Below are positions 1 to 9,800 of a stretch of DNA of 61,528 bases, piece by piece. Location of the stretch: the sequence record SRR20825006_860; one strand, written 5' to 3'. The notes beneath the pieces are model-generated. The model saw nothing but the letters and a program-made list of their open reading frames with translations, was not told the origin of the DNA and did no database searches. The stretch's first letter is position 1; every line of letters begins with the position of its first letter. A program made the translations under genes and the position numbers.

Positions 1-919
1 CATGAGCCTGGACGCAGGTGGTCACCTGACCCACGGTGCCAAGCCAAACCAGTCCGGCAAATGGTTTAACGCCGTTCAGTATGGTGTGAGTCGGGAAGAT
101 GATCGAATTGACTTCGTGGAAGTGGAGCGCCTTGCCAAGGCGCACCGCCCGCAGCTGATCATCGCGGGTGGCTCTGCCTATCCTCGTGAGATCGACTTCA
201 AACGATTCCGCGAAATCGCTGATGAGGTTGGGGCGTTGTTCCTCGTGGACATGGCGCATTTTGCGGGTCTCGTTGCCGGCGGCGCGCATCCGAACCCACT
301 GGACCATGCGCATATCGCGACGACAACAACGCACAAGACATTGCGTGGCCCGCGTGGCGGCATGATCCTCACCAATGACGAAGCGCTCGCGAAAAAGATC
401 AACTCAGCCATCTTCCCCGGCATTCAGGGTGGACCGCTGATGCATGTCATCGCGGCCAAGGCGGTAGCCTTCGGAGAGGCGCTTCAGCCAGAATTCAAGA
501 ATTATGCGGCTCAAGTTGTTGCAAATGCGCGCGCTATGGCTGCGGCTTGCAAATCCAGCGGGCTGGACGTTGTCTCTGGCGGTACGGATACGCACGTCGC
601 ATTGATCGATTTGCGACCGAAGAATGTGACCGGTCGCGACGCTGAGCATGCGCTCGAGCGTGCCTTCATCACCTGTAACAAGAACGGCGTACCCTTCGAC
701 CCGCAAAAGCCGATGATCACCAGCGGTATTCGGGTGGGCTCGCCAGCCGGTACGACTCGCGGTTTCGGCGAGGATGAGTTCACGCAGATCGGTAACTGGA
801 TTGGCGAGATTGTCGACGCGGTTGCGTCCGGCGAAAGCACATCAGCAGAAGACAAGGTGCGCGAAGAGGTGAAAGCCCTGACGGCGCAGTTCCCGATCTA
901 TAATGGATTGGGAGGCTGA
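1..919 (+). CDS. glyA: Serine hydroxymethyltransferase (5' end outside the window)
   Basis: [30 protein letters not shown] (PLP lysine) and [12 protein letters not shown] motifs; ORF is open at the window edge. Confidence 0.98.
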   Translation, partial: MSLDAGGHLTHGAKPNQSGKWFNAVQYGVSREDDRIDFVEVERLAKAHRPQLIIAGGSAYPREIDFKRFREIADEVGALFLVDMAHFAGLVAGGAHPNPLDHAHIATTTTHKTLRGPRGGMILTNDEALAKKINSAIFPGIQGGPLMHVIAAKAVAFGEALQPEFKNYAAQVVANARAMAAACKSSGLDVVSGGTDTHVALIDLRPKNVTGRDAEHALERAFITCNKNGVPFDPQKPMITSGIRVGSPAGTTRGFGEDEFTQIGNWIGEIVDAVASGESTSAEDKVREEVKALTAQFPIYNGLGG

Positions 920-925
920 TAGACC

Positions 926-1396
926 TTGCGATGTCCGTTCTGCGGTTCCGAGAATACATCGGTGAAGGACAGCCGCTCGGCTGAAGACAACACGGCTGTC
1001 CGTCGCAGGCGTGTATGTGAGGCGTGTGGTGCGCGGTTCACGACGTTTGAACGTGTTCAGTTGCGCGAGATCATGGTGGTGAAGCGGGATGGCAAACGCG
1101 TGCCGTTTGACCGGGACCGTCTGACGCGCTCGATCACCATCGCTTTGCGGAAACGCCCCGTGGATCGGGAACAGATCGACCAGATGGTGTCCGGTATTGC
1201 GCGCAAGCTGGAAAGCGGTGGCGAAACCGAAGTGACGTCCAATGAAGTGGGCGAATTTGCCATGGAGGCGCTGCGGCAAGTCGATCCGGTCGGTTATGTG
1301 CGGTTCGCAAGTGTCTACAAGGATTTCAGGGATCCGAACGATTTCGCTCAATTCATTGAGCAGACATCGCTGGAAGAAGAGAGCGATCCTGAATGA
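926..1396 (+). CDS. nrdR: Transcriptional repressor NrdR
   Basis: MRCPFC...RRRRVCEAC zinc ribbon, RFTTFER, ATP-cone, [11 protein letters not shown] start; usual glyA-nrdR-rib context. Confidence 0.97.
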   Translation: MRCPFCGSENTSVKDSRSAEDNTAVRRRRVCEACGARFTTFERVQLREIMVVKRDGKRVPFDRDRLTRSITIALRKRPVDREQIDQMVSGIARKLESGGETEVTSNEVGEFAMEALRQVDPVGYVRFASVYKDFRDPNDFAQFIEQTSLEEESDPE

Positions 1397-2040
1397 GCGG
1401 GGTGAAAGTCACCCTTAAGATCGCTACATCGCTGGATGCCCGCATAGCTTTGTCCGATGGGACGAGCCAGTGGATCACGACCAGCGAGTCACGCGCACGG
1501 GCGCATGAGATGCGCGCCGCGCATGATGCGGTTCTGGTTGGAGTGGGCACGGTACTTGCCGACGATCCGTTGCTGACCGCGCGGACAGTCCCGCTCCCCA
1601 AAACCCAACCCATCCGGATCGTCGCAGATTCTCAAGGTCGCACACCGCGCAGTTCCAGACTGGTCCAGTCTGTTTCATCCGGACGCGTTGTTGTCGCAAC
1701 CAATGGCCAGCCGCAGGATATCCTCGCAGCGAGCGGCGTGGATATCTGGCGCTGCGGGAAAGGCATTCGCGTGGACGTGAATGACCTCCTTCATCGCGCT
1801 GAGATCGAAGGAATTGCATCTCTCCTGATAGAAGGGGGCGGCACGCTGGCGGCCAGCTTCATTCGGGAAGGGCTTGTGGACGAAATTGCCTGGTTTCGCG
1901 CCCCCATCCTGATCGGAGGAGACGGCCTGCCAGCGCTCGCCGCCCTGGGACTCTCCAATCTGGGCGAAGCGTCACGTTGGCGCGCTATCGCTACGGAACG
2001 GATTGGGGTTGATGTCCTAGACACCTATGTAAGGGTCTAA
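1393..2040 (+). CDS. ribD: RibD C-terminal pyrimidine reductase domain only (no deaminase domain)
   Basis: [31 protein letters not shown] and [10 protein letters not shown] reductase motifs; only 215 aa; ATGA overlap with nrdR. Confidence 0.9.
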   Translation: MSGVKVTLKIATSLDARIALSDGTSQWITTSESRARAHEMRAAHDAVLVGVGTVLADDPLLTARTVPLPKTQPIRIVADSQGRTPRSSRLVQSVSSGRVVVATNGQPQDILAASGVDIWRCGKGIRVDVNDLLHRAEIEGIASLLIEGGGTLAASFIREGLVDEIAWFRAPILIGGDGLPALAALGLSNLGEASRWRAIATERIGVDVLDTYVRV

Positions 2041-2062
2041 ATAAGAAACTAAGGGCAGGAAA

Positions 2063-2680
2063 ATGTTTACAGGCCTCGTTACCGATGTCGGGACCGTCCG
2101 ATCCGTGGAGGACCGCAATGGGCTTCGCCGGTTTGAGGTCGAAAGCCGCTACAAGCTGGAAGATATCACCCTGGGCGCGTCCATCATGCATTCGGGCGTA
2201 TGCCTGACGGTCGTGGATATGGGGCAGGGCGAGCGCGGCGCGTGGTTCGCCGCCGAAGCCGTGCCGGAAACACTTTCCAAGACGATTCTAGGTGACTGGA
2301 CGGTTGGATCTCACGTCAATCTGGAACAGAGCCTGAAACTCGGCGACGAGTTGGGCGGCCATTTCGTGTTTGGCCATGTTGATGGCGTCGGTCAGGTAGT
2401 TTCCGTCGAACCGGAAGGTGAAAGCTATCGTTTGACCATACGGCCACCTGAACAGATCGCGCGCTACTTCGCGACCAAGGGGTCCGCGGCGGTGAATGGT
2501 GTGTCTCTGACCGTGGCTGAAGCCCTGCCGAATGGTGATTTCGAGTTGGCGATCATTCCCCACACTTGGGAGGTGACTACACTCAACCAGTTGCAGCCCG
2601 GTTCCAGCGTCAATCTTGAGATCGACATGCTGGCACGCTACGTGGCGCGGATGATCGGCGCGGATGCGCCGAAGGGATAA
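2063..2680 (+). CDS. ribE: Riboflavin synthase alpha chain
   Basis: N-terminal MFTG, GVCLTV/NGVSLTV repeats, VNLEID; located in the rib cluster. Confidence 0.96.
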   Translation: MFTGLVTDVGTVRSVEDRNGLRRFEVESRYKLEDITLGASIMHSGVCLTVVDMGQGERGAWFAAEAVPETLSKTILGDWTVGSHVNLEQSLKLGDELGGHFVFGHVDGVGQVVSVEPEGESYRLTIRPPEQIARYFATKGSAAVNGVSLTVAEALPNGDFELAIIPHTWEVTTLNQLQPGSSVNLEIDMLARYVARMIGADAPKG

Positions 2681-2688
2681 GGGCAGAT

Positions 2689-3816
2689 ATGAGCAGCGAA
2701 TTTCATCAAGCAATCTCCTCAATTGACGAGATCATCGAAGATGCCCGCAATGGCCGGATGTATATCCTGGTCGACGCAGAGGACCGGGAGAATGAGGGCG
2801 ACCTGATCATTCCGGCCAATTTTGCCACGCCGGAACATGTGAACTTCATGGCGCGTCACGGCCGGGGCCTGATCTGCCTGGCGATGGGTCAGGAGCGCGC
2901 GCATACGCTGAACCTCGACATGATGACCCGGAACAATCGGGAAAGCATGGGAACGGCCTTCACGGTCTCGATCGAAGCGAAAGACGGCGTCACGACGGGT
3001 ATTTCGGCCCATGATCGTGCCCGGACAATCGCCGTCGCCATCGACCCGACCAAGGATCATGAGGACATCGTATCACCCGGACACGTCTTCCCGCTGATTG
3101 CGCGCGAAGGCGGCACACTCGTCCGCGCCGGGCATACAGAGGCGGCCGTCGACATTTCCCGCATGGCCGGCCTCTATCCGGCCGGTGTGATCTGCGAAAT
3201 CATGAATGAAGACGGCACCATGTCCCGTCTTCCGGAACTGGTCGCGTTCGCCCAGCTGCACAATCTCAAAATCGGCACGATTGCCGACCTCATCGCCTGG
3301 CGCCGAAAGAATGACCGGTTCATGGAGCGCCGCGTCGAAGCGCCGCTCGATTCCGGTTACGGGGAAGGGTTCCGGACGGTCTGTTTCCGTAACGCGCTCG
3401 ACAATTCGGAACATATCGCCATCGTTCACGGGGATATCACGCCGGACAGCACAACGCTGGTGCGGGTGCACCGGATGGACATCCTGTCGGACGTGCTGGG
3501 AGAAAACGGCCCAAGACACGGCCTGGTTGAGCGCGCGATGCGCGTGATTGCTGACGCTGAAGAACCGGGCGTGGTCGTATTCGTGAACACGATGCGGCCG
3601 AACATCATTGCCGAACGGCTCGGCCTGAAGCCCTCAGTGGCCCCCGATCCGACCGCGCCTATTCGTGAATACGGTGTCGGTGCTCAAATTCTGCGGGATT
3701 TGGGCGTACGTCGCATGATCTACCTGTCCGGAACGCAGCCCACCCGCTTGGCAGGCCTTGACGGCTACGGCCTGACGATAGAGGGGTGGCGCAATCTTCA
3801 TGAGGAGAACAACTGA
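2689..3816 (+). CDS. ribB: DHBP synthase fused to a degenerate GTP cyclohydrolase II-like domain (RibBX type)
   Basis: [28 protein letters not shown] and ICEIMNEDG motifs; the C-terminal domain has [14 protein letters not shown] but no Zn-binding cysteines. Confidence 0.93.
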   Translation: MSSEFHQAISSIDEIIEDARNGRMYILVDAEDRENEGDLIIPANFATPEHVNFMARHGRGLICLAMGQERAHTLNLDMMTRNNRESMGTAFTVSIEAKDGVTTGISAHDRARTIAVAIDPTKDHEDIVSPGHVFPLIAREGGTLVRAGHTEAAVDISRMAGLYPAGVICEIMNEDGTMSRLPELVAFAQLHNLKIGTIADLIAWRRKNDRFMERRVEAPLDSGYGEGFRTVCFRNALDNSEHIAIVHGDITPDSTTLVRVHRMDILSDVLGENGPRHGLVERAMRVIADAEEPGVVVFVNTMRPNIIAERLGLKPSVAPDPTAPIREYGVGAQILRDLGVRRMIYLSGTQPTRLAGLDGYGLTIEGWRNLHEENN

Positions 3817-4244
3817 TGGCAGACCGCGTTCTTGTCGCCATTTCGAAATACTACAAGCACATCTCCGATGAGCTGGAAGCTGGCGCGCTGGAAGCTCTTG
3901 AAGCTGCTGGCGCGACTGTGACGGTCATGGAAGTGCCGGGCGCGTTCGAGCTGCCGGGCCTGATTGCCATGGCGGCCGACAGTGGCCGGTTTGACGGCGC
4001 TGTGGCACTGGGCTGCGTGATCCGGGGCGAAACCAGCCATTACGACTATGTCTGTGGTGAAAGCGCCCGCGGTCTGATGGATCTGATCGTGCAGCGTCGT
4101 CAGGCGATTGGCTATGGCATCCTGACTGTCGAGAATGAAGAGCAGGCGCTCGCCCGCGCTGACCGCAAGCGCGGCAATAAGGGCAAGGATGCCGCAGACG
4201 CCTGTTTGGCCATGATCAAATTCCGCAAGGAACTCATTCGGTGA
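3816..4244 (+). CDS. ribH: 6,7-dimethyl-8-ribityllumazine synthase
   Basis: VPGAFELP, LGCVIRGETSHYDYV, GILTVENEEQALARA, NKG. Confidence 0.97.
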   Translation: MADRVLVAISKYYKHISDELEAGALEALEAAGATVTVMEVPGAFELPGLIAMAADSGRFDGAVALGCVIRGETSHYDYVCGESARGLMDLIVQRRQAIGYGILTVENEEQALARADRKRGNKGKDAADACLAMIKFRKELIR

Positions 4245-4708
4245 ACGACCAGAATATACCCTTCGAGGTTACACGGGCGAGGCGGGCGGGAGCGCGCCTC
4301 GCAGCCGTTCAGGCGCTTTATGAAATGGAGCAGACCGGCAAGTCGGCCCGCGCGACCATTCGCGCCTTCATGGAAGACCGGCTCGGCATTGGTCCGAACG
4401 AAGAACCGATCGAGGAAGCCGATCCCGATATTTTCAAATCTATCGTGAACGCGGTCGTTGATCATCAGGCAGCCATCGACAAGGCGATCCTTGGGAGGCT
4501 GGCAAACGGATGGAAGCTGACCCGGCTCGATGCAACCATGCGCGCGCTTTTACGCGCGGGGTCCGCTGAATTCATCGCGCACCAACATTTGTCGAACGCC
4601 ATCATCCTGGATGAGTACGTGTCTCTGGCGCATGATTTCTTCGACGAGCAGGAAGCGAAATTTGCCAATGCCGTGCTGGACAATCTGGCCAAGGACCTGC
4701 GCAAATAG
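4241..4708 (+). CDS. nusB: Transcription antitermination factor NusB
   Basis: RRAGARLAAVQALYEME, W-x3-RLD, ILDEYV, FANAVLD; follows ribH with GTGA overlap. Confidence 0.95.
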   Translation: MNDQNIPFEVTRARRAGARLAAVQALYEMEQTGKSARATIRAFMEDRLGIGPNEEPIEEADPDIFKSIVNAVVDHQAAIDKAILGRLANGWKLTRLDATMRALLRAGSAEFIAHQHLSNAIILDEYVSLAHDFFDEQEAKFANAVLDNLAKDLRK

Positions 4709-4734
4709 CCGGACTGGCGGATGCCATCCGGTTT
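4707..4734 (+). terminator. Putative terminator hairpin after nusB
   Basis: CCGGA-C-TGGC-ggat-GCCA-TCCGG followed by a short TTT tract directly after the nusB stop. Confidence 0.45.
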
Positions 4735-5008
4735 GTGCAGGGATCGGTCCTTGCGGATGGGAGCAGGGCTCCGCTGTCACGAGGACGATTAGTCAAATTA
4801 CTGGATAGTAGGTGCCCCCATGCATTGGGGCCCGTCCCATCCGCGCAGTGAAATTCAACTGGTTGCCAGACCAGACTGCTGGATTTCACCAGACCTAGCT
4901 GCGGAAGAAGACGAAAACCCCGCAGCCCGGCCAAGATAAACGGCTTCACCCGGCGGTCGGATTGGTGACGCGCCATCGCCCGGCTCGGTTGGGATCACCC
5001 TGCGGACA
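4734..5008. ncRNA. Candidate structured non-coding element (unassigned family, strand unknown)
   Basis: Several complementary stems found by eye (4737-4742/4998-5003; 4753-4762/4835-4844; 4848-4857/4880-4889; 4898-4904/4920-4926; 4946-4950/4964-4968); no credible ORF. Confidence 0.4.
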
Positions 5009-5016
5009 GGCAGCTA

Positions 5017-6198
5017 TCAGCCCTCAGGCTCAGTTACGCTGTTACCCCAGGCGCGGATCTCTTCGACATATAGTTCGGGCTCTTCCATCGCTGCGAAATG
5101 ACCGCCGCGCGGCAAATCCGTCCAACGGGTGAGGTTGTAGGCTCTCTCGAACCAGCTCCGCGGCGCGGGTTTGTAGACGGGCTCGCCGGGGAAGTTCGCG
5201 AACGCCGTCGGCGTTTCACACCGGACGCCTTCTGGCAGGGCATTGCCACCTTCCTGCGCAAAGCCATTGTAGAACCAGACGCTGGTGGCCATGGCATCAT
5301 TGACCAGATAGATCATCACATTGGTGAGCAGCTGGTCTTTTGAGTAAGTATCCAAAAGTCCGCCGTCGGACAGGTCTGACCAGCCATTGAATTTCTCGAT
5401 GATCCACGCTGCAGTGCCGACCGGGGAATCCATTAGCGCCATCGCCAGCGTCTGGGGCTTGGTCATCTGCTGCATCAGATAGGCGCCTTCGCGCTGCATG
5501 GCGCCCTGCGACGCGGCCAGCCATTCGCCTTCGGCCTCGGTCTGCGGCGTGGCGGGTGTCGGGCGGAAGCCGACCATGTTCAGATGGATCACGCGGCAAC
5601 CGCCCTTGCCATCGACTGTGCCATGATTGAAGCCGAGCCAGGAGGTCACCATACTGCCCCAGTCGCCGCCCTGAGCGAGATAGGTGTCATATTTCAGTAT
5701 GTCGCGCATCAGAGTGTCCCAAAGCGCGGCCGTGCCTCGGGGTCCGATCGGGGATTTTGGCCGCCCTGAAAATCCGTAACCGGGCAGGGAAGGGATGATC
5801 AGGTCAAAAGCATCTTCGGCCTTGCCGCCATAGCGGGATGGAAAGGCCAGGGGCGCGATCGCTTCCCAAAATTCAAAAACTGAACCCGGCCACCCATGTG
5901 TGATGAGCAGGGGGCGCCGCCCGCCAGCTTCGCCCACGACATGGACAAAGTGAATCATCTGACCATCAATCTCGACTTTGTAGCTGGGATACTTGTTCAG
6001 GATCTCTTCTGATTTGCGCCAATCATAGCCTGCAATCCAATAGCGCTGGATGTCTTTCATCACCGGTGTGGACATGCCGTAGGCAAAGCCTTCTTCATTG
6101 GCCGGGGCTGGAAACCAGTCATAGGCTTTCACCCGCGCCATGATGGCGTCGAGCTTTTCCTGGGGAATGTCGATGCGGAAGGGCTGAGCGGTCGGCAT
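5017..6198 (-). CDS. Epoxide hydrolase (EHN domain + alpha/beta hydrolase)
   Basis: PFRIDIP N-terminus, HGWPGSVFEF, SLPGYGFS, QGGDWGS nucleophile motif, GGHFAAMEEP. Confidence 0.92.
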   Translation of the reverse strand: MPTAQPFRIDIPQEKLDAIMARVKAYDWFPAPANEEGFAYGMSTPVMKDIQRYWIAGYDWRKSEEILNKYPSYKVEIDGQMIHFVHVVGEAGGRRPLLITHGWPGSVFEFWEAIAPLAFPSRYGGKAEDAFDLIIPSLPGYGFSGRPKSPIGPRGTAALWDTLMRDILKYDTYLAQGGDWGSMVTSWLGFNHGTVDGKGGCRVIHLNMVGFRPTPATPQTEAEGEWLAASQGAMQREGAYLMQQMTKPQTLAMALMDSPVGTAAWIIEKFNGWSDLSDGGLLDTYSKDQLLTNVMIYLVNDAMATSVWFYNGFAQEGGNALPEGVRCETPTAFANFPGEPVYKPAPRSWFERAYNLTRWTDLPRGGHFAAMEEPELYVEEIRAWGNSVTEPEG

Positions 6199-6256
6199 GT
6201 TTGTCTCCTCGCTAGGGTGTCATCCAGCTAGCGGACATGCCGTGGGGCGAAGCAAG

Positions 6257-6598
6257 TTAAATCGAGAAACTGGTTCCGCAGCCGCAAGCCGCCGTAGCAT
6301 TCGGGTTGCTGATCTTGAAGGCAGCACCAATCAGTTCGGTCGTGAAATCGATCTGTGAGCCCTTCAGGAATTCGAGGCTCATTTCGTCGATCAACACTTT
6401 TGCGCCATCGCGTTCCAGGACGATATCGTCTTCCTTGGCCGCTTGGTCGAAGTCGAACTTGTAGGAAAAGCCTGAACATCCGCCGCCTTCGACGGAGACG
6501 CGCAGAAAATCAACGCCGTCCTGTTTGGCCAGAATCGCATTAATCCGCTTGGCAGCCGAGGCTGTAAGGGTCACATCGGGGGCAGTTGTCGTGCTCAT
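6257..6598 (-). CDS. erpA: A-type Fe-S cluster carrier ErpA/IscA
   Basis: [29 protein letters not shown]; divergent from dgt as usual in alphaproteobacteria. Confidence 0.93.
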   Translation of the reverse strand: MSTTTAPDVTLTASAAKRINAILAKQDGVDFLRVSVEGGGCSGFSYKFDFDQAAKEDDIVLERDGAKVLIDEMSLEFLKGSQIDFTTELIGAAFKISNPNATAACGCGTSFSI

Positions 6599-6625
6599 GA
6601 CCTCAACATAGGGATTCCCGAGCCA

Positions 6626-7798
6626 ATGGAAAAGAGATCAGTGTATGCCACCCGGCACGAAGATTGCCGCGGCCGGTATTTCCCGGAGGCGCCATCGGCG
6701 ACTCGAACGCCTTTCCAGCGTGATCGAGACCGGATTATCCACTCGACCGCCTTCCGGCGATTGAAGCAGAAGACACAGGTGTTTGTCGCACATGAGGGCG
6801 ATCATTTCCGCACCCGCCTGACGCATTCACTCGAAGTCGCCCAGATTGCCCGCAGTATTGCCCGTACGCTCGGTCTGGACGAAGACCTCGCCGAAGCGTT
6901 GGCGCTCGCCCACGATATGGGCCACCCGCCCTTCGGGCATGCGGGTGAGGACCAGTTGGACGCGTGCATGGCGGACTATGAGGGGTTTGACCATAACGCC
7001 CAGACCCTGCGTATTGTGACCAAGCTGGAGGTCCGATACCCCAATTTTGAGGGCCTGAACCTGACCTGGGAGCTGCTGGAGGGCCTCGTAAAGCACAATG
7101 GCCCGATGGTGACGCGCGATACACCGGTGGAATCGCTACCGGCCGCTTTTCGGGAATATGCGAACTTCATGGACTTGGAGCCGCACCAGTTTGCAGGTCC
7201 GGAAGCGCAGGTGGCTGCACTGTCAGACGACATCGCCTACAATAATCATGATATTGATGACGGTATCGCCGCTGGCCTGTTCACGATTGACGATCTGATG
7301 GATTTGCCGATCGTCGGGGACGAGTTCCGCGCGGTGAAACTGGAATATGCGCATTTAAGCGACCGGATGGTCTCCTATGAGGCGGTTCGTCGCCTGATCG
7401 GCCTGTGGGTAAACGACCTGACCGCCGAGACGGGCCGGCGCGCGAAGCAGTACGCGCCACAGAGCGCCGCGGAAGTGCGCGCCATGGATGTGCCACTCGT
7501 TGCATTTTCGGAGGAACTGGAAAGCCGTCAGCGGGCGCTGCGCGCCTTTCTGTATGAGCGGATGTACAAACACTATACAGTCAACCGCATGCGCAGCAAA
7601 GCCAAACGCATGCTCGCCGAGCTGTTTCAGATTTTCCTGAGTGAGCCTGACACGCTGCCGAGCCCGTGGCGGCAAGATGCGTCGCAGGCCAACGAAGCGC
7701 GCCGCGCGCGCATTGTTTGTGACTATATCGCCGGGATGACAGATTCCTACGCAATCGAGGAACACCGGCGCCTTTATCATCCGGATGTACTGCGCTAG
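6626..7798 (+). CDS. dgt: Deoxyguanosinetriphosphate triphosphohydrolase
   Basis: [41 protein letters not shown] (HD), DYIAGMTD. Confidence 0.95.
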   Translation: MEKRSVYATRHEDCRGRYFPEAPSATRTPFQRDRDRIIHSTAFRRLKQKTQVFVAHEGDHFRTRLTHSLEVAQIARSIARTLGLDEDLAEALALAHDMGHPPFGHAGEDQLDACMADYEGFDHNAQTLRIVTKLEVRYPNFEGLNLTWELLEGLVKHNGPMVTRDTPVESLPAAFREYANFMDLEPHQFAGPEAQVAALSDDIAYNNHDIDDGIAAGLFTIDDLMDLPIVGDEFRAVKLEYAHLSDRMVSYEAVRRLIGLWVNDLTAETGRRAKQYAPQSAAEVRAMDVPLVAFSEELESRQRALRAFLYERMYKHYTVNRMRSKAKRMLAELFQIFLSEPDTLPSPWRQDASQANEARRARIVCDYIAGMTDSYAIEEHRRLYHPDVLR

Positions 7799-7859
7799 CC
7801 GCACTGTCATCACATTTACCGGTTTTAAAGCGTTGCAGGCGCCGAGGCCTGTGAAAGCT

Positions 7860-7883
7860 CTTGAATATTCAAGTGTCGTTAAC
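7860..7883. promoter_or_regulatory. CtrA-like box (TTCA-N7-TTAAC) overlapping a 14-bp palindrome
   Basis: TTCA agtgtcg TTAAC at 7868-7883 (1 mismatch to TTAA-N7-TTAAC); perfect palindrome CTTGAATATTCAAG at 7860-7873; upstream of the SPOR gene. Confidence 0.5.
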
Positions 7884-7932
7884 GAAACACGCCGTAATCT
7901 TAACTCTGTGAACCTAATCTGAGGATGATTCC

Positions 7933-8763
7933 ATGGGGCGATATCGGGACGACGAGCGGGATTATTCCCCGTTCGAAGACGATTACCGCGGATTTGATGT
8001 TCGCGAGGACGATTCCACGCGCGGACCGCTCATCCTGGCGCTTGCCGTGGGGGTCTTGCTCGTCTTCGGCGCAGTTGTTTGGAACACATATCGTCAGGGA
8101 GTTCGGGACAACGGTGCCGGTATCCCCAGCGTAATCGCCGATAAAGAGCCCTACAAGCGTGCGCCTGAAGATCGTGAAGGTGTTGCAGTCCCAGACACTG
8201 ACAAGCGCTTCTACGATCAGATGGATGACTCCGAGCGTATAGTGGAGCCGGGCACCGACTTCGCTGCAAATGACACTGAAGGTGGTGATGCGCTGCAAGG
8301 CGGCCCCCCAATTGAGCTCAGGCCAGGCCGGGAAGGCATCGAGCCTGATGATGCGCAAGTACGCGCACTGGCTGACCTGGAGGCGATGCCAGAGGATGAG
8401 GAAGAGACCCTGCGTGTCGTGCCAACGAATCCGGTGGTGCAGGCGCCTGCTCCCGCGCCGCGGAAGGCGCCGGTCGCCAGCGAAGCGTCCTCACAGTTTG
8501 CCTTTACCGATGATGGTATTTACCTCGTCCAGTTGGCAGCTTTCCGCTCACAAGACGCCGCTGAAACCGCCTGGGCGAAAATGAACAGTACAAAGCCCGG
8601 CCTCTACCGGAGTGCACAGAAGCGTATCCAACGAGCCGATCTTGGAGCCAAGGGTGTCTTCTATCGGTTGCGCGTCGGCAGCTTTGCAGAACGGTCTGAA
8701 GCATCGAAATTCTGTGATGCGGTGAAGGCCGGCGGTGACAATTGCATTGTGGTGACAGGATAG
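7933..8763 (+). CDS. SPOR-domain membrane-anchored cell division protein (FtsN-like)
   Basis: Single TM helix (LILALAVGVLLVFGAVVW), acidic/Pro-rich linker, C-terminal SPOR (YLVQLAAFRS...FYRLRVGSF...C...C); upstream of nagZ. Confidence 0.85.
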   Translation: MGRYRDDERDYSPFEDDYRGFDVREDDSTRGPLILALAVGVLLVFGAVVWNTYRQGVRDNGAGIPSVIADKEPYKRAPEDREGVAVPDTDKRFYDQMDDSERIVEPGTDFAANDTEGGDALQGGPPIELRPGREGIEPDDAQVRALADLEAMPEDEEETLRVVPTNPVVQAPAPAPRKAPVASEASSQFAFTDDGIYLVQLAAFRSQDAAETAWAKMNSTKPGLYRSAQKRIQRADLGAKGVFYRLRVGSFAERSEASKFCDAVKAGGDNCIVVTG

Positions 8764-9800
8764 TGATCAAGGCTTGCATCCTCAGCGTTTCGGGGCCTGT
8801 GCTCACGAAGGAGGAAGCGGCACTGTTCGCCGCCGAGCAGCCCTGGGGGGTCATCCTGATGGGCCGCTCCTGCGTATCGCGGACCCAAGTCCGAAGCCTC
8901 GTCGATGACATCTGGAACGCGATGAATCGGCCGTGCCTGATCTTTATCGATCAGGAGGGTGGACGTGTGGCAAGGTTGAAGGCGCCTGAATGGCCTCTTT
9001 TTCCGCGTGGTCAGGACTATGCCGATATTTTTGCCAATGATCGTGAGCGGGGACTTTCCGCTGCCTGGCTCGGCCACAGGCTCATCGCCGCAGAACTCGC
9101 TGCCCTGTCGATTCATGCAGATTGTGCGCCTGTCGTCGATCTGCCGGTTCCGGGCGCACATGACGTAATTGGCGACAGGGCTTTTGGCACTGATCCCGAA
9201 ACGGTCGCAAGTCTCGCGGGCGCGGCTCTGAAAGGGCTCGCATCCGGCGGTGTTGCCGGCGTGATCAAACATATTCCGGGTCATGGGCGCTCCATGTGCG
9301 ATAGCCATCTGGAGCTGCCTCGCGTAGCGGCGAGCGAAGCGGAACTGGCGAAAGATTTTGATGCCTTTGCCCGTCTCGCCGATGCGCCAATGGCGATGAC
9401 AGCGCACATTTCCTATGATGCATTTGACGCCAATGTCCCCGCCACTCTGTCAAAAATCATGATTCAAGACGTGATCCGCGCGCGAATCGGGTTTGATGGC
9501 TTGCTGATGACGGATGATCTCGGGATGCAGGCGCTGGGCGGTAGCCTGGGCGAGCGGAGCGAAGCGGCGATTGCTGCGGGCTGTGACGTGCTATTGCACT
9601 GTTCCGGCTTTCTTTCTGATCCACTTGCGATCCATTCAGAAATGGCTGAAGTCGCAGCTGTTTCGCCAGAGCTGACGGGACGGCCACTGGAGCGGGCACT
9701 GCGTGCTGAAGCACTCTCGACCCATCAGGAGGAGTTTGACCTCGTTGAGGGTTGGCAGACATTCCAGTCATATTTTCCTCATTTGGCGGGGGCGGCATGA
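8763..9800 (+). CDS. nagZ: Beta-N-acetylhexosaminidase (GH3)
   Basis: IDQEGGRVARL, KHIPGHGRSMCDSH, MTAHI, MTDDLGM; GTG start overlapping the previous stop. Confidence 0.94.
   Translation: MIKACILSVSGPVLTKEEAALFAAEQPWGVILMGRSCVSRTQVRSLVDDIWNAMNRPCLIFIDQEGGRVARLKAPEWPLFPRGQDYADIFANDRERGLSAAWLGHRLIAAELAALSIHADCAPVVDLPVPGAHDVIGDRAFGTDPETVASLAGAALKGLASGGVAGVIKHIPGHGRSMCDSHLELPRVAASEAELAKDFDAFARLADAPMAMTAHISYDAFDANVPATLSKIMIQDVIRARIGFDGLLMTDDLGMQALGGSLGERSEAAIAAGCDVLLHCSGFLSDPLAIHSEMAEVAAVSPELTGRPLERALRAEALSTHQEEFDLVEGWQTFQSYFPHLAGAA

Noticed and set aside
4602..4976. 124-aa minus-strand ORF across the structured gap
   Set aside because: Overlaps nusB antisense, has no recognisable motif and has atypical composition.
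4835..5003. FMN-riboswitch-like words on the minus strand next to the rib operon (GCAGGGTGATCCCAACCG, CTGGTGAAATCCAG, CGGATGGGA)
   Set aside because: T-loops are incomplete, the P3 and P5 consensus segments are missing, spacing is wrong, and it lies downstream of and antisense to the operon. Not callable without an RF00050 cmsearch hit.
4709..5016. tmRNA, RNase P RNA, SRP RNA, group II intron or retron interpretation of the structured gap
   Set aside because: No GAGGAAAGUCC, no tRNA-like CCA end or tag frame, no SRP loop, no proper domain V, and no reverse transcriptase nearby.
6626..7798. dGTPase (and MazG at 37449-38285) as anti-phage defence genes
   Set aside because: Both sit in their normal housekeeping synteny (erpA-dgt; hflX-mazG) with no defence-island context.
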